Assembly (NCBI GenBank): GCA_023512475.1
Contig: JAILZL010000008.1
Location: 5,784 to 69,783 of the forward strand
Length of the DNA: 64,000 nt
Direction of reading: 5' to 3'
DNA from: Syntrophobacterales bacterium
GTDB lineage: Bacteria; Desulfobacterota; Desulfobaccia; Desulfobaccales; 0-14-0-80-60-11
Part shown: one piece after another, positions 29,696 through 38,790 of the stretch
Position numbering within the stretch: the first letter of the stretch is position 1
How the letters are laid out: each line of letters begins with the position of its first letter
Notes under the pieces: generated by a model
What the model was told of the DNA's origin: nothing
Database searches by the model: none
The model's input: only the letters and a program-made list of their open reading frames with translations
Position numbers and translations under genes: made by a program

Positions 29696-30430
29696 ATGCC
29701 CCATTGGGCGGATCTGACCATGCCCGCCTGGGCCGAGTGGCGGCAGAAAGCGCCGACGGTGCTCCTGCCGGTGGGGTCGGTGGAGGAGCATGGACCGCAT
29801 CTCCCCTTGGGCACCGATGCCTTCCATGCCCTGGAGCTGGCCCGCCGGGTGGCAGAACGGCGGCCGGTGCTGGTGGCCCCGCCCCTGTATTACGGCCTCT
29901 GCCGCTCCACCTCGGAGCATCCCGGCACCCTCAGCCTGAGCAGCCTGACGCTGCGGGCGGTGATTCTGGATCTGGGCCGGGAATTTCACCGCCAGGGCCT
30001 CAGGCGCCTCCTCATCTTAAGCGGCCATGCCGGGGGCACCCACATGGCCATGCTCACCGACGCCGGCGAGGCCCTGCTGGGGGAGTTCCCGGAGCTGAGG
30101 GTGGCGGTGGTGAACATCCTGGACCTCCTCCGGGAGGTGCTGGCGGCCCGGCCGGAGTTGGTGGCCACCCCCGGAGACGCCCACGCCGGAGAGGTGGAAA
30201 CCGCCCTGATGTTGGCCTGCCGCCCGGAGCTGGTGCAGGGCCGGGCCCCGGCGGAGCGGCCCGCCTTCCCCCGCTACCTGTTGGTGCGGGACAAACGGCG
30301 CTTCTGGCCCGGAGGGGTGTGGGGCGACCCCGGCCGAGCCACCCCCGAGCAGGGCGAGGCGCTTCTGGAGGCGGAAACCCAACGATTATGCGAGGTTATC
30401 GACAGCCTGGAAAAAATGCCGGGCTTGTAA
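29696..30430 (+). CDS. creatininase (creatinine amidohydrolase) family protein
   Basis: ORF 29330..30430 trimmed to ATG 29696 (GGAGGAG RBS). Contains LLPVGSVEEHGPHLPLGTD, LILSGHAGG and GDAHAGEVETA, which fit the family's metal-binding motifs. Confidence 0.85.
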   Translation: MPHWADLTMPAWAEWRQKAPTVLLPVGSVEEHGPHLPLGTDAFHALELARRVAERRPVLVAPPLYYGLCRSTSEHPGTLSLSSLTLRAVILDLGREFHRQGLRRLLILSGHAGGTHMAMLTDAGEALLGEFPELRVAVVNILDLLREVLAARPELVATPGDAHAGEVETALMLACRPELVQGRAPAERPAFPRYLLVRDKRRFWPGGVWGDPGRATPEQGEALLEAETQRLCEVIDSLEKMPGL

Positions 30431-30490
30431 TTCTTGCACCATCTTTTGCTTGACATTAGGGTCAGGTTGGGTAAACATAAAGTGGTTTTC

Positions 30491-30772
30491 ATGAAGTTAA
30501 CCCCGCCCACGGACGATATGCCCTCTATGATTCCTGAAGCAATTGAAATGATTGCGGATCGGGTTTTGGCCCTCGACGACTCGGACTGGCAGCATCTCCT
30601 GGAGCACTACAAAACCAGGATGGCCGGGGATGAAACCGACCGCTCCTGGGAGCGCGCCGTCATCGCCTACTTTCTGCTCAATGGTCTTCGGATGAAAAAT
30701 GTCCTGAAAAAAGGCAAACAGAGGCATCACCGCCCGCCGGAGATCCCCGTCCTGCGTCTGGTCAAGGCCTGA
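30491..30772 (+). CDS. hypothetical small protein (93 aa)
   Basis: ORF 30434..30772. ATG 30491 is preferred (MKLTPPTDDMPSMIPEAIEMIADRVL...). Visibly lower G+C than its neighbours. No recognisable motif. Confidence 0.45.
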   Translation: MKLTPPTDDMPSMIPEAIEMIADRVLALDDSDWQHLLEHYKTRMAGDETDRSWERAVIAYFLLNGLRMKNVLKKGKQRHHRPPEIPVLRLVKA

Positions 30773-30976
30773 GCGGCGACCCCGGGCCGCCGCTTCCTGA
30801 CCCCGTCCTTCCCTGTCGGCAGGCGAGGCCCGCCTTCCGAGAGGGACACTATTCTTTGCTCACCCTCCCCTTTTCCTGTGCGTATTCCCTCCTGAGCCGG
30901 ACATGCCGGAGGCCCAACCCGGCGTGAGGGGAGTGTCCGCTGCCTCCGAGCACCTCCCCATGCCCGGCCCCTCCTC

Positions 30977-31705
30977 TCAGGCTGCCTCAGCAAAATCCAG
31001 AGCCTGGCGGGGACACGCCGCCACGCACAGGCCGCATTTGAGACAATCGCCGCCGTGGGGCATCCGGGGAGCCGCCTTCAGGACCGCGGGCTGAAGCTGC
31101 ATGGGGCAGCCCCGGGTGCAGAGCTGACAGGCGGTGCAGCGCTCCGCCGCCAGGGTGAGGGGCCGGCGGTTTTTCCCCAGCCAGTGGGCCAAGGTGCCGA
31201 TGGGGCAGAGATAACACCAGGCCCGCTGCTGATAGATCATCCCCAGAACCACGGCTACCCCGGTGGTCACCGTCAGGAGGAGCACGAAAAAGGCGCCGAT
31301 GGCATAGGGGTCCGGCCAGCGTTTTAGGAGCTGCCAGGTGAGCATGGCCATCAGAAAGGCCAGCACCGCCAGCCGCAGGGGGGCCCGGCGGAAGAACTCC
31401 GGAATGCGGGTCTGCCGGCTGAGGCGGGCCAGCCAGGCGTCCTCGAAGGAGCCCCGGGGGCAGAGCCAGTCGCACCAGGTGCGGCCCCGGAAGGCTGCCA
31501 GCCCCAGGCCCAGGACCATGCACAGGGGGATGAAAAAGCCTGCCAGGGGAAAGACCCAGCCCGCGGCCACGATCACCGGAAAGAGGGCCCCCATCAGGGC
31601 CTGTTTGCGCCGCCGGGAGGCCAGGAGCTTAACCAGTCGGGGGCGGCCCGGCCGGGCTCCGGAGACCGGGCCGGCCGCAGGAAAGGTCAGCGGTTTGGGG
31701 GACAT
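30977..31705 (-). CDS. membrane-bound 4Fe-4S binding protein (NapH/MauN-like polyferredoxin)
   Basis: TM segments plus CDWLCPRG, CYLCPIG, CTACQLCTRGCP and CLKCGLCVAACP cysteine motifs. Confidence 0.8.
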   Translation of the reverse strand: MSPKPLTFPAAGPVSGARPGRPRLVKLLASRRRKQALMGALFPVIVAAGWVFPLAGFFIPLCMVLGLGLAAFRGRTWCDWLCPRGSFEDAWLARLSRQTRIPEFFRRAPLRLAVLAFLMAMLTWQLLKRWPDPYAIGAFFVLLLTVTTGVAVVLGMIYQQRAWCYLCPIGTLAHWLGKNRRPLTLAAERCTACQLCTRGCPMQLQPAVLKAAPRMPHGGDCLKCGLCVAACPRQALDFAEAA

Positions 31706-31726
31706 GAAGCAACCTCCATTATTTAA

Positions 31727-31748
31727 TTATTGCGAAATAATGCAATAA
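31727..31748. promoter_or_regulatory. AT-rich dyad TTATTGC-N8-GCAATAA (candidate ArsR operator)
   Basis: Perfect 7-bp inverted repeat in the 80-nt arsR-polyferredoxin spacer. Contains the 11-mer TGCGAAATAAT, which recurs (reverse-complemented) at 32152-32162. Confidence 0.45.
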
Positions 31749-31785
31749 TAAGCCCGCGGCCACCCCTTGGCTCCCGGGCCACGGG

Positions 31786-32163
31786 TCAGCCCTCCTCCGA
31801 GGTCCCCAGCCGGGCCGAGAGCCCGCCCTTCTCCGTCAGGGCCTCCAGGAGCACCTGGCGCATGACCTCGCAGGCCTTGAGGATGGCGGGGGTGGCCAGG
31901 CGGTAGTAGATGACCGTCCCCTGGCGCCGGCTCCTCAGGATGCCCTTCTGGCGCATGAGGCTCAGGTGCTGGGAGAGGTTGGGCTTGGGGATCCCCAGGG
32001 CCCGCACCATCTCCCCCACCGACAGCTCCTCCCGGTCCTTGAGGAGGGCCAGGATCTGGAGGCGCTTGGGGTTGGCCAGGGTCTGGCAGATATCGGCCTG
32101 CAGTTCCCAGAGGCGGTCTTCGGGGCGGAGGTCTGCCGCGGACATTGTTTTATTATTTCGCAT
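31786..32163 (-). CDS. ArsR/SmtB family transcriptional regulator
   Basis: LANPKRLQILALL...LSVGEMVRALGIPKPNLSQHLSLMRQKGIL..RRQGTVIYYRL winged-helix signature. Alternative start Met7 at 32145. Confidence 0.9.
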   Translation of the reverse strand: MRNNKTMSAADLRPEDRLWELQADICQTLANPKRLQILALLKDREELSVGEMVRALGIPKPNLSQHLSLMRQKGILRSRRQGTVIYYRLATPAILKACEVMRQVLLEALTEKGGLSARLGTSEEG

Positions 32164-32172
32164 TTATGCAAG

Positions 32173-32201
32173 AATATAACCTGCCGGCAGGCGGCCGTCA
32201 A
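32173..32201 (-). promoter_or_regulatory. sigma-70-type promoter of arsR (TTGACG-17-TATATT), about 9 nt from the ATG
   Basis: Minus strand reads cTTGACGgccgcctgccggcaggtTATATTcttgcataaATG. Confidence 0.5.
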
Positions 32202-32358
32202 GGGGGGCGGAAAAAATTTCCCCCCGCCTCCCATACGTGCCGCAGGGAACGCCGGCCTCGCGGCGGTCCTCGGCCTGGCCAGCTGTCCTCCCCGGTCTCC
32301 GGGGGTGCTTCCCTGCACGGGGGCAAGGCCAGAGAAATCGGGGCCGGGGACGTGAATC

Positions 32359-32535
32359 CTGGGCAGGTGGCTGAGGAAGCTTATTCGGGGAGGGGCCAAG
32401 GGGCACCGGCCCCTGACCCTTCCCCCATTCCCCCAAGCCTGGGATGTGGCGTCGCCCAAGCAGCAAAATCGGCCCGCCTCACCCCCTCAGATTCCGGGGA
32501 GATCTGGTGAAAGGGGCCAAAGGCAGGGGAGTCAG
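32359..32535 (-). repeat. GC-rich TIR-bounded intergenic repeat, copy C
   Basis: The reverse complement aligns along its length with copy B (60746-60919). Shared blocks include tgaggcNggccgattNtgc, ggcgaNgccac, ggggaagggNcagggg, cccttggcccc, tccccgaataa and cacctgNccag. Confidence 0.75.
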
Positions 32536-32583
32536 GCCGGCAGGTCGCCCTGCGGCAGAGGGAGGGGCCCCGGTTTGTCTTCT

Positions 32584-33915
32584 TCAGCGGCGGCGTTTCT
32601 TGAGAAACAGACGCAGGGGCGTGTAGGTGAGGCCCAGGCGTTCCCGCAGCTGGCGCACAAAATACCGGCGGTAGGCCTCGGTGACCCCCTCGGGGTGGTT
32701 GACAAAGGCCACAAAGGTGGGGGGGTGGGTCTCCGGTTGGGTGAGGTAGTAGAATTTCACCGGCCGGAACTGAAAGAGGGGGGGCTTGACCCGGCCGGTG
32801 ATTTCCTGGAGCACCCGGTTCAGTTCCCCGGTCCCCACCCGCAGGCCCATCTGGGCGTGGATGCGGTCGAGCCACGGGAAGAGGCGCCCCACATTGAAGC
32901 CGGTGAGGGCGGAGAGGGGCAGGAGGGGGGCATAGGGGAGGAAATTCAGGGCCTCCCGGGCCCGGTCCTGGACCGCCTTCCGGGCCTCCCGGGGCACCAG
33001 GTCCCATTTGTTCAGGCCCACGAGGCAGCCTTTGGCCTCCTCGGCGATGAGACGGGCGATGCGCAGGTCCTGGGCGGTGACGCCTTCCGCGGCGTCAAGG
33101 AGGAGCACCGCCACCTGGGCCCGTTCCAGGGTCCGCACCGCCTTCAGGGCCATGATGCGCTCCAGGCCCGGCTCCCGGAGGCTGGGCCGCCGGAGACCGG
33201 CGGTGTCAATGAGCACATAGTCCCGGCCGCCCCAGCTGACTGGGGTGTCGATGCTGTCCCGGGTGGTGCCCGGCCGCTCGCTGACGATGAGGCGCTCCTC
33301 CCCCAGGAGGCGGTTGATGAGGGAGCTTTTGCCCACGTTGGGGCGCCCCACCACCGCCACCCGCAGGGCCTCCGACTCCTGCGGAGCCACGGCCACCGGC
33401 GGCAGCAGGGCCACCAGGTCATCCAGGAGCCGCTCCAGCCCCAGACGGTGTTCAGCGGAGATCGGATACAGGGGGGAAAAGCCGAAGCGGAAGAACTCGG
33501 GGAGGACCTCCTCCCGGCCGGGGTGGTCCAGCTTGTTGACGATCAGCAGCACCGGCTTGCCGGTGGCCCTCAGATAGGCCGCCACCTCGGCGTCGGCGGG
33601 CAGAGGGCCGGTCTTGCCGTCCATCACCAGCAGGATGAGGTCGGCGGCGGCCACCGCGGCCTCGGCCTGACGGCGGATGAGGGGCTCCAGCTCATCTTCG
33701 GCGCCGATGAGCCCGCCGGTGTCCACCAGAAGAAAGCTGCGCTCCCCCCAGGTGACCCGGCCCACCAGGCGGTCCCGGGTGACCCCCGGGGTGTCGGCCA
33801 CCAGGGCGCGGCTGGACTGGGTCAGGCGGTTGAACAGGGTGGATTTGCCGACGTTGGCCCGGCCGACGATGGCCACCAGGGGCAGGCCGGGGAGGGAAGG
33901 GGCAGTGGATGCCAT
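32584..33915 (-). CDS. der: ribosome-biogenesis GTPase Der (EngA)
   Basis: Two tandem GTPase domains (GRANVGKSTLFN, GRPNVGKSSLIN) plus a KH-like C-terminus. Confidence 0.95.
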   Translation of the reverse strand: MASTAPSLPGLPLVAIVGRANVGKSTLFNRLTQSSRALVADTPGVTRDRLVGRVTWGERSFLLVDTGGLIGAEDELEPLIRRQAEAAVAAADLILLVMDGKTGPLPADAEVAAYLRATGKPVLLIVNKLDHPGREEVLPEFFRFGFSPLYPISAEHRLGLERLLDDLVALLPPVAVAPQESEALRVAVVGRPNVGKSSLINRLLGEERLIVSERPGTTRDSIDTPVSWGGRDYVLIDTAGLRRPSLREPGLERIMALKAVRTLERAQVAVLLLDAAEGVTAQDLRIARLIAEEAKGCLVGLNKWDLVPREARKAVQDRAREALNFLPYAPLLPLSALTGFNVGRLFPWLDRIHAQMGLRVGTGELNRVLQEITGRVKPPLFQFRPVKFYYLTQPETHPPTFVAFVNHPEGVTEAYRRYFVRQLRERLGLTYTPLRLFLKKRRR

Positions 33916-34015
33916 AACAATGCCACACGGCAGGCGGCCGCGGCCGCCGGCCCCGCCCCGGCCAGGTCCGGCACGGGAGGGGGCCCCGCGGCCGCCCGTC
34001 TCAGCCCGGAGGTGA

Positions 34016-35383
34016 TCAGGAGGCCGGCTGCTGGGCCACGAGTTTGGGGGGCCAGTTCCTCAGGATCTCCACCGCCCGCTTCAGCACCGGGTCCTGTTCC
34101 AGATCGGCGGTGGTAAGGGGCTGGTTCCAGGGCTTGTCGGTGATTCCCTCGCCCCGCATGTGGCGTTCCATGGCCTCATCCCGCAGGGCCTGCAGGGCCT
34201 TGGCATCCGTGGGCTCCGGCTCCTTGAGGAGGATGTCCGGCTCAATGCCCTTGTCCTGGATGGTGCGGCCGCTGGGGGTGTAGTAGAGGGCGGTGGTCAG
34301 CCGCAGGGCGGAGCCGTCCTCCAGGGGGATGATGGTCTGCACCGAGCCCTTGCCGAAGCTTTTGGCCCCGGCCACCACGGCCCGCTTCTGGTCCTTGAGG
34401 GCGCCGGCCACAATCTCCGACGCCGAGGCGCTGCCTTCGTTGATGAGCACCACCATGGGAAGGCTGCGGTCCTCCCCCGGCTGGCCCGGTCGGGCATAGA
34501 AGCGCATGTTCTGCTGGGGGGTGCGGCCCTGGGTATAGACGATGAGGCCGGAGCTCAGGAATTCATCCGCCACCTGCACCGCCTGCTCCAGCAGGCCCCC
34601 GGGGTCGTTGCGCAGGTCCAGGATGAGGCCCTTCAGGGGGGAGAACTTTTGCTGCATCTTGGTGAGATAGCCCCGCACATCCAGGTCGGTCTGGTCCTGG
34701 AAATTGGCCACCCGGATGTAGCCCAGGCCGCCCTCCACCACCCGGGCCTTGACGCTGCGGATGGGGATGATGTCCCGCACGAGGATGAAGTCCTTGGGGG
34801 CAGGAAAGCCCGGCCGGTTGATGGTCAGGGTCACCTTGGAGCCCTTGGGGCCCCGGATCATCTTCACCGCCTCCGTCAGGCTGAGATTGCGGGTGGGTTT
34901 GCCGTCGATCTTGACGATCTGATCCCCGGCCCGCAGCCCCGCCCGGAAGGCCGGGGTGCCCTCGATGGGGGAGACCACCGTGAGGATGCGGTCCTTCATG
35001 GTGATCTCGATGCCGATGCCGCTGAACTTCCCCTTGGTCTCAATCTGCAGCTCCCGGAACTCCTCCGGGGTCATGAAGGAGGAGTGGGGATCCAAAGTGC
35101 TCACCGCGCCCTGGATGGCCCCATGGATGACCTCCTTGGCGGATTTGGGCTCCACATAGTGCTGTTCGATGAGATGCAGTACCTGGGTGAAGTTCTGCAG
35201 GTGGGCGTCCGCCAGAGGCGGGGGGGAGGAGGAAGGGCCCCCCAGGCGGAGACGCAGGGTCTCCTGGGCCGGGGGCTGCTCTCCCACCGCCAGGGCGGCG
35301 CTGCCCGCCACCGCCAGGAGGACCAGCAGCAGGGTCAGCTTACGGAGGGCGACAGATGGCAGCATGTGAGTCACATCCTTCAC
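34016..35383 (-). CDS. S41 carboxyl-terminal processing protease (PDZ domain, intact Ser/Lys dyad)
   Basis: Signal peptide, PDZ domain (GIGIEI...AGLRAGDQIVKIDG), LDLRNDPGG, GSASASEIVAGAL, SFGKGSVQ. GTG start at 35383 (alternative ATG at 35365). Confidence 0.9.
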   Translation of the reverse strand: MKDVTHMLPSVALRKLTLLLVLLAVAGSAALAVGEQPPAQETLRLRLGGPSSSPPPLADAHLQNFTQVLHLIEQHYVEPKSAKEVIHGAIQGAVSTLDPHSSFMTPEEFRELQIETKGKFSGIGIEITMKDRILTVVSPIEGTPAFRAGLRAGDQIVKIDGKPTRNLSLTEAVKMIRGPKGSKVTLTINRPGFPAPKDFILVRDIIPIRSVKARVVEGGLGYIRVANFQDQTDLDVRGYLTKMQQKFSPLKGLILDLRNDPGGLLEQAVQVADEFLSSGLIVYTQGRTPQQNMRFYARPGQPGEDRSLPMVVLINEGSASASEIVAGALKDQKRAVVAGAKSFGKGSVQTIIPLEDGSALRLTTALYYTPSGRTIQDKGIEPDILLKEPEPTDAKALQALRDEAMERHMRGEGITDKPWNQPLTTADLEQDPVLKRAVEILRNWPPKLVAQQPAS

Positions 35384-35441
35384 GCCTGGGGTTTACCCTG
35401 TGCAGCCGGCAGGGCTGCGGCGGGCCGGGCGGGGCGGCCCC

Positions 35442-36671
35442 TCAGGAGCGTTTCGCCGGGGCGGCGCCCCGTTTCAGATATTCCAGCGCCTGGATGACCC
35501 AGGGATCCTGGTCCACCGATGGCGGCGCCGGGGCCGGTTCCCCGGGGGCGGGCTTTTTCCCCTCCACCTCCGGGGTGAGGCCATTGCCGGTAATCTTTTT
35601 GCCTTTGGGGGTATAGGCGGCGGCCACCGTCATGATCACCGCGGCACCGTCTTTCAGGGGAAAAGCCCGGGTGATGCCGCACAGGCCGAAGGTCTTGTCC
35701 CCCAGGAGGGTGGCCAGCCCATGGTCCTGCAAGGCGCCACTCAGGATCTCCGCCCCCCGGGCGGTGCCCTGATCCACCAGCACCATGGTGGGGGGCAGGG
35801 TCTTAAAGACCACGTCCTGGGACTTGCCCCGATAGACCTGGGATTCGGTGCCTCTGCGGCCCCGGGTGGAGACCACTTCCCGGTCGCCCACCAACAGGGA
35901 GGCGGTGCGCACCGCCTGTTCCAGACTGCCCCGGGCGTTATTGCGCAGATCCAGGATGAGTCCCTTCAGGGCCGGGTGCTGCCGCTTCAGGTCCCGCAGG
36001 AGGCCGGCCAGGGCGGCAGGGGTGTCGTCCTGGAAGTACGGCAGGCGGACATAGGCATAGTCGCCCGGGAGCAGGTGCACGCTCAGGCGCGGCGGCGGCA
36101 GGGGTTCCAGGGTGATGCTCAGATCCAGGGGCTTGGGCAGGCCGTTGCGCACCACCTGCACCCGGATGACGGTGCCGGGGGGGCCCTGGAAGCGCCGCAT
36201 GCCCTCCTGGGTGGTGAGGTTGCGCACCAGCTGGCCGTTGATCTTCAGAATCAGATCCCCCGGCTTGAGACCCGCCCGGGCCGCGGGGCCATGGTCCAGC
36301 ACCGACACCGCGGTGAGCAGATGGTCCTTGTAGATGAGCTCCAGGCCGGCCTCCGCCGGGGCGCTGCGCCCGCCCCGCTGGAATTCCCGGTATTCCTCGG
36401 GGGTGAGATAAGAGGAGTCCGGGTCCAGGGCGTTCATCATCCCCCTCAGGGCCCCCTGCATCAGCTCGCCCTCGTCGGTGGGCTGGACATATTTCTGCCC
36501 GATCTCATGGAAGGCTTCCGAGGCCAGCCGGAGGGCCTCATAGCTGTCTGAGCCGGACATGGCCGGCACAGAGGGCGGACCGACCGCCGGCAGGGTCAGA
36601 CAAAGACCCGCCACAAGCGCCAGGAGCGCCAGACGGCGACGGCAAAAGCTGGCCAGACCTGCAGATTTCAC
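35442..36671 (-). CDS. S41 peptidase-family paralogue, catalytic dyad apparently lost
   Basis: Same architecture as its neighbour (signal peptide, PDZ, LDLRNNARGSL). The active-site blocks read GTARGAEILSGAL and TFGLCG. Confidence 0.85.
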   Translation of the reverse strand: MKSAGLASFCRRRLALLALVAGLCLTLPAVGPPSVPAMSGSDSYEALRLASEAFHEIGQKYVQPTDEGELMQGALRGMMNALDPDSSYLTPEEYREFQRGGRSAPAEAGLELIYKDHLLTAVSVLDHGPAARAGLKPGDLILKINGQLVRNLTTQEGMRRFQGPPGTVIRVQVVRNGLPKPLDLSITLEPLPPPRLSVHLLPGDYAYVRLPYFQDDTPAALAGLLRDLKRQHPALKGLILDLRNNARGSLEQAVRTASLLVGDREVVSTRGRRGTESQVYRGKSQDVVFKTLPPTMVLVDQGTARGAEILSGALQDHGLATLLGDKTFGLCGITRAFPLKDGAAVIMTVAAAYTPKGKKITGNGLTPEVEGKKPAPGEPAPAPPSVDQDPWVIQALEYLKRGAAPAKRS

Positions 36672-36837
36672 GGTGGGGCCTGCCTCACATGTATGAAAGA
36701 TACTGCGGATCCCCGAAAGATCCCCAGCCGGCTGCCCGGGCGGTCCGGGGCCGGATTCGCTGCTACTGCTGCCCCCCTTGCGGGAGGTCAGAACCTGGGG
36801 CCTCCCTTTGGCCCCCGCCCAGGGGGCATGCCCCCGG

Positions 36838-37821
36838 TTAACGCGCCTGTTTGCGCCGCAGGGCCCGATGGGCCGCGGCCACGATGTCCGCCGGGGTGAG
36901 GCCGTAGTGCCGGAGGAGTTCCTCCGGCTTGCCGGACTGGCCGAAGATGTCCTTCACGCCCAGGCGCTCCAAGGGCACCGGGTACATGTCCGTCAGCACC
37001 TCACTGATGGCGCTGCCCAGGCCGCCGGTGACCAGGTGTTCCTCCACGGAGACCATCGCTCCGGTCCGGCGGGCCGACTCCAGCACCAGCTCCCAATCCA
37101 GGGGCTTGAGGCAGGAGAGGTTGAGGACCCGGGCGGACAGCCCCTCGCTCTGGAGCCGGGCGGCCGCCTCCAGGCAGAAGTGCACCATGAGCCCGATGCC
37201 TGCCAGGGTGACGTCCGTCCCTTCCCGCAGGACTGTGCCCTGCCCCAGGTGGAATTGGTGGTCCGGGGGAAAGAGCACCGGAAAGGGCAGCCGGGAGGTG
37301 CGGATATACACCGGACCGTCGTAGGCGGCGGCCCAGCGCACCATGGCCCGGGTCTCCGGGCCGTCCGCGGGCACCAGCACCACCATGTTGGGGAGCACCC
37401 GCATGAGGGCCAGGTCCTCCAGGGCCTGGTGGGAGCCCCCGTCCTCGCCCACCGTCAGCCCGCCGTGGCTGGCCACAATCTTGACGTTCAGATGCCCGTA
37501 GGCAATGGTCTGGCGGATCTGCTCCCAGGCCCGGCCGGCGGCGAAGATGGCGAAGGTGCTGGCAAAGGGGATCTTGCCCCCCACCGCCAGCCCGGCGGCG
37601 GTGCCCATGAGGTCCTGCTCGGCGATGCCCACGTTGAAGAAGCGCTCCGGATAGAGCTGGGCGAAACGGCTGGTCTGGGTGGAGCCGGAGAGGTCGGCGT
37701 CGAGAACCACGATATCCGGGTTCTGCCCCCCCAGCTCCGCCAGGGTCTTGCCGTATTCCACCCGGGTGCTCTCTTTTTGCACCCCGGAGGCCTGGCCGCC
37801 GCTGTCCACCTTACCCGCCAT
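36838..37821 (-). CDS. transketolase, C-terminal (pyrimidine-binding) subunit
   Basis: 327 aa. FNVGIAEQDLMGTAAGLA motif. Split-type transketolase partner. Confidence 0.9.
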   Translation of the reverse strand: MAGKVDSGGQASGVQKESTRVEYGKTLAELGGQNPDIVVLDADLSGSTQTSRFAQLYPERFFNVGIAEQDLMGTAAGLAVGGKIPFASTFAIFAAGRAWEQIRQTIAYGHLNVKIVASHGGLTVGEDGGSHQALEDLALMRVLPNMVVLVPADGPETRAMVRWAAAYDGPVYIRTSRLPFPVLFPPDHQFHLGQGTVLREGTDVTLAGIGLMVHFCLEAAARLQSEGLSARVLNLSCLKPLDWELVLESARRTGAMVSVEEHLVTGGLGSAISEVLTDMYPVPLERLGVKDIFGQSGKPEELLRHYGLTPADIVAAAHRALRRKQAR

Positions 37822-38639
37822 CAGGGGGCCGAAAGCTCCTGCATCGCCTGCTCGTACTCCTCAGTGGTGGGGGCCACCCCGTGAAATTTCACCTGATCCT
37901 CAAAGATGGAGACGCCCTTGCCCTTGACGGTGTGGGCGAGGAGAATCCCGGGCCGCTCCGGGTCTTTTTCCAGCTCCCTCAGGCCCGTGAGGATGGCCGC
38001 CGGGTCATGGCCGTCCACCTCCTGCACCTGCCAGCCGAAGGCCCGCCATTTGTCGGCCAGGGGCTCCAGGCGCATGACCTCGCGGGTGCGGCCGTCGATC
38101 TGCAGCCGGTTGCGGTCCAACATGGCGGTGAGGTGACCCAGGCGGTAGTGGGCCGCGGTCATGGCCGCCTCCCAGATCTGGCCTTCCTGCACCTCGCCGT
38201 CCCCCAACAGCACATACACCCGCTGGCCGGTGCCCCGGAGCCGGGCGGCCAAGGCCAGGCCATTGGCCACGGAAAGACCCTGGCCCAGGGAGCCGGTGGG
38301 CACCTCCACCCCGGCAAGCCAGCCGGAGTCCGGATGGCCCTGCAGGGGGCTGCCGAAGCGGCGCAGGGTCAAAAGCTGCTCCGGCGGGAAGTGTCCCAGC
38401 CGGGCCAGCACGGCATACAGGGCCGGGGCGGCATGCCCCTTGGAGAGGACGAAATAATCCCGGGGCTCGTGTCCGTTGCCATGGCGCAGCCGGCCAAAAA
38501 ACAGGGTCACCAGCAGGTCCGCGGCGGACAGGGACCCCCCCACGTGGCCGGAGCCGGCCCGGTAGATCATCTCCACGATATCCCGGCGCACCTGACGGGC
38601 CAGCTCCCGCAGTCGCCCGGGGTCGGTTATGGGTTCCAT
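37821..38639 (-). CDS. transketolase, N-terminal (TPP-binding) subunit
   Basis: 272 aa. GHVGGSLSAADLL, SKGHAAPALYA and GDGEVQEGQIWEA motifs. Confidence 0.9.
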   Translation of the reverse strand: MEPITDPGRLRELARQVRRDIVEMIYRAGSGHVGGSLSAADLLVTLFFGRLRHGNGHEPRDYFVLSKGHAAPALYAVLARLGHFPPEQLLTLRRFGSPLQGHPDSGWLAGVEVPTGSLGQGLSVANGLALAARLRGTGQRVYVLLGDGEVQEGQIWEAAMTAAHYRLGHLTAMLDRNRLQIDGRTREVMRLEPLADKWRAFGWQVQEVDGHDPAAILTGLRELEKDPERPGILLAHTVKGKGVSIFEDQVKFHGVAPTTEEYEQAMQELSAP

Positions 38640-38790
38640 CTGAACAGCACCGGCAGTGATGAGCGCTTCAGGCGGGCCGCAGGGAAAATCGCCACCCCCT
38701 CCCCTTAGTTGGTATCATAAGCCGGGAGGCACTGCAAGGGCGACGATGGGGGCGGATGATTTTCCTTCGGACCCCCGGGGCCCTTTTCCT

